NCBI RefSeq assembly: GCF_938017615.1
Contig: NZ_CALIJA010000203.1
Location: 1 to 52,844, forward strand
From: an uncultured Campylobacter sp.
Lineage (GTDB): Bacteria > Campylobacterota > Campylobacteria > Campylobacterales > Campylobacteraceae
Length of the DNA: 52,844 nucleotides
Reading direction: 5' to 3'
In this document: positions 51,514 to 52,844 of the stretch, in pieces
Layout of the letters: every line of letters begins with the position of its first letter
How positions within the stretch are numbered: the first letter of the stretch is position 1
Notes under the pieces: generated by a model
What the model saw: the letters and a program-made list of their open reading frames with translations, nothing else
Databases searched by the model: none
Told to the model about the DNA's origin: nothing
Position numbers and translations under genes: made by a program

Positions 51514-52486
51514 TTATTCAAATTTTACGGGGGTTAAATACGATAATTTTAAATCGTTTTTAATCGCCCTTTTTGCCTATCTGCTGGTGATTTTTGTTCT
51601 TTTATATCAAATTTCAAAGCCGCAGGAAAAATTTAAAAAATATACCGACAATCCCAACGATTATATGGATGTTACTTTTGATTTCGAAATAGATGATAAA
51701 CTTCCGTCCGCGCCTGAAATCGCTAAAGAAACAAAGCAAGGCGAGTTTGACAATAAGAATGTGAAGGATGTGCCGGAGGATAAAATTAAGACTACGGCGC
51801 AAGTAGTCCCGCCTCCTCCGGTGCAGGCAAAGCCGAAAGAGCCCGAAAAGCCGAAGGAAGAGCCGAAGCCGGAACCTAAAAAGGACGAGCCTAAAGCTGA
51901 GCCCAAAAAAGAGGAGCCCAAGCCTGAGCCTAAGTTGGAAGATAAACCTTCCGAAAAAGTAGTAGAGAAAAAAGAGGAAGCTAAGCCGGAGCCGAAAAAA
52001 GAGGAAAAACCGAGCTTGAGCGATCTTTTTTCGGATACGACTAAGGACAATAAGAAGCTTGAGGAGAGCGCTAAAGCTAGCGACGCCGTTCAGAGTAACA
52101 AAAAGTCCGATAAAGAAACCGCCACCTCTAGTGCTAAGGATAAAGCGGCATCTAAAAATGCTGTCGTCAAATCCGATAAGCTTGGTGGCAGGACGCAAAG
52201 GACGGGCGAGTATAACGCTTATTACGGCGCTATCGAGAAAAAGCTTCAAGTTCTATGGAGCAGATATGTTGCGACCGCGAAGGACGACGCAAGGATTAAA
52301 ATAGTCTTTAGCGCAGATGGGCGAGTGGCGGATTATACTATTATAGAGTTGGGGCGAGAGACTGAATTTAACCAGAAGTTGCGAGATTTTTTGGATAATC
52401 TATCGACTCAGACTTTCCCGAAGTCTCCCGACGGAGCGTCGCACGAGATTGATACTAGGATGTCCGACGTAATGAAGACAAATTAG
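51506..52486 (+). CDS. TolA/TonB-like energy transducer
   Basis: N-terminal TM anchor, K/E/P-repeat linker, TonB/TolA-type C-terminal domain; follows the tolQ/tolR-like genes. Confidence 0.8.
   Translation: MANYSNFTGVKYDNFKSFLIALFAYLLVIFVLLYQISKPQEKFKKYTDNPNDYMDVTFDFEIDDKLPSAPEIAKETKQGEFDNKNVKDVPEDKIKTTAQVVPPPPVQAKPKEPEKPKEEPKPEPKKDEPKAEPKKEEPKPEPKLEDKPSEKVVEKKEEAKPEPKKEEKPSLSDLFSDTTKDNKKLEESAKASDAVQSNKKSDKETATSSAKDKAASKNAVVKSDKLGGRTQRTGEYNAYYGAIEKKLQVLWSRYVATAKDDARIKIVFSADGRVADYTIIELGRETEFNQKLRDFLDNLSTQTFPKSPDGASHEIDTRMSDVMKTN
51829..52010 (+). repeat. imperfect coding tandem repeats (EEPKPEPK-type) in the TolA linker
   Basis: KPKEPEKPKEEPKPEPKKDEPKAEPKKEEPKPEPK...EEAKPEPKKEEK. Confidence 0.75.
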
Positions 52487-52504
52487 AATTTGTAAGGAAA
52501 AAAA

Positions 52505-52844
52505 GTGAAGAGACTTTTTTGTATTTTTGCCTTTTGCTGTATGCTTTTTGCAGAAGATGTGGATTCTGCTAAAAATTCTACCTCTTCAAATTTAAACACC
52601 GAAATTCAAAATTCTAAAGAATTTAGGGCTTATTATGGAGATATTGTAAAGAAGCTAGAATATCTGTGGCTAAAACAAGATGCTACCACTAACGATGACG
52701 CAGCGGTCGAGGTTACTTTCGGCGCGGACGGACGAGTGGTGGGTTATAAAATTATCGAGTTAGGTCGCGATATAAAATTTAACCAAAAGCTTGACAGATT
52801 TTTAAAGGGGCTTTCGGAGCAAAATTTTTCAAAATCCCCGGATA
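52505..52844 (+). CDS. exported protein consisting of a duplicated TolA/TonB C-terminal domain (3'-truncated by the window; absent from the ORF track)
   Basis: GTG start after AAGGA; MKRLFCIFAFCCMLFA|EDVDS...EFRAYYGDIVKKLEYLW...ADGRVVGYKIIELGR...FNQKL...KSPD; open to the window end. Confidence 0.85.
   Translation, partial: MKRLFCIFAFCCMLFAEDVDSAKNSTSSNLNTEIQNSKEFRAYYGDIVKKLEYLWLKQDATTNDDAAVEVTFGADGRVVGYKIIELGRDIKFNQKLDRFLKGLSEQNFSKSPD

Noticed and set aside
51614..52249. 211-aa antisense ORF over tolA and the many other short overlapping ORFs in the track
   Set aside because: They are shadows of real genes (here of the K/E/P repeat), with no RBS or domain support.

Overview
A mostly core-genome segment of a Campylobacter (Campylobacterota) chromosome. 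The relatively GC-rich coding DNA and AAATTT/GAATTT-rich spacers fit C. gracilis or a close relative (inference, not verified). It contains rsmI-rlmB-RodZ-like-aminotransferase-hom-yraN-trxA-trxB; a lipoprotein and selC (tRNA-Sec); mlaA-mlaC-MMPL; modE-modA-TOBE-modC-modB; a large PAS-GGDEF-EAL protein coupled to hisZ-purA-DUF507-carA; an orphan response regulator; addB-addA-rplM-rpsI-cadF-HAD; tRNA-Gln(CUG) with two accessory genes; and rplU-rpmA-obgE-(EF-hand gene)-fmt-birA-parA-parB-atpF'FHAGDC-tolQ/exbB-tolR/exbD-tolA, followed by a duplicated, signal-peptide-bearing TolA C-terminal domain. No integrase, transposase, prophage or CRISPR array was seen. The strongest unexplained signal is periodic arrays of the RAATTY hexamer, the methylation motif that licenses natural transformation in C. 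jejuni. These arrays fill 0.5-1 kb spacers, build terminator-like hairpins, form long in-frame insertions in three conserved proteins (MMPL, AddB, HAD) and make up a frame-locked 182-aa ORF between fmt and birA. Other points: an in-frame TAG in rsmI, a 5-bp duplication frameshifting yraN, apparent absence of ccoNOQP, the cognate sensor kinase and proB from their usual positions, and a probably catalytically dead EAL domain. Motif counts are hand counts. C. jejuni synteny is recalled from memory and needs checking.
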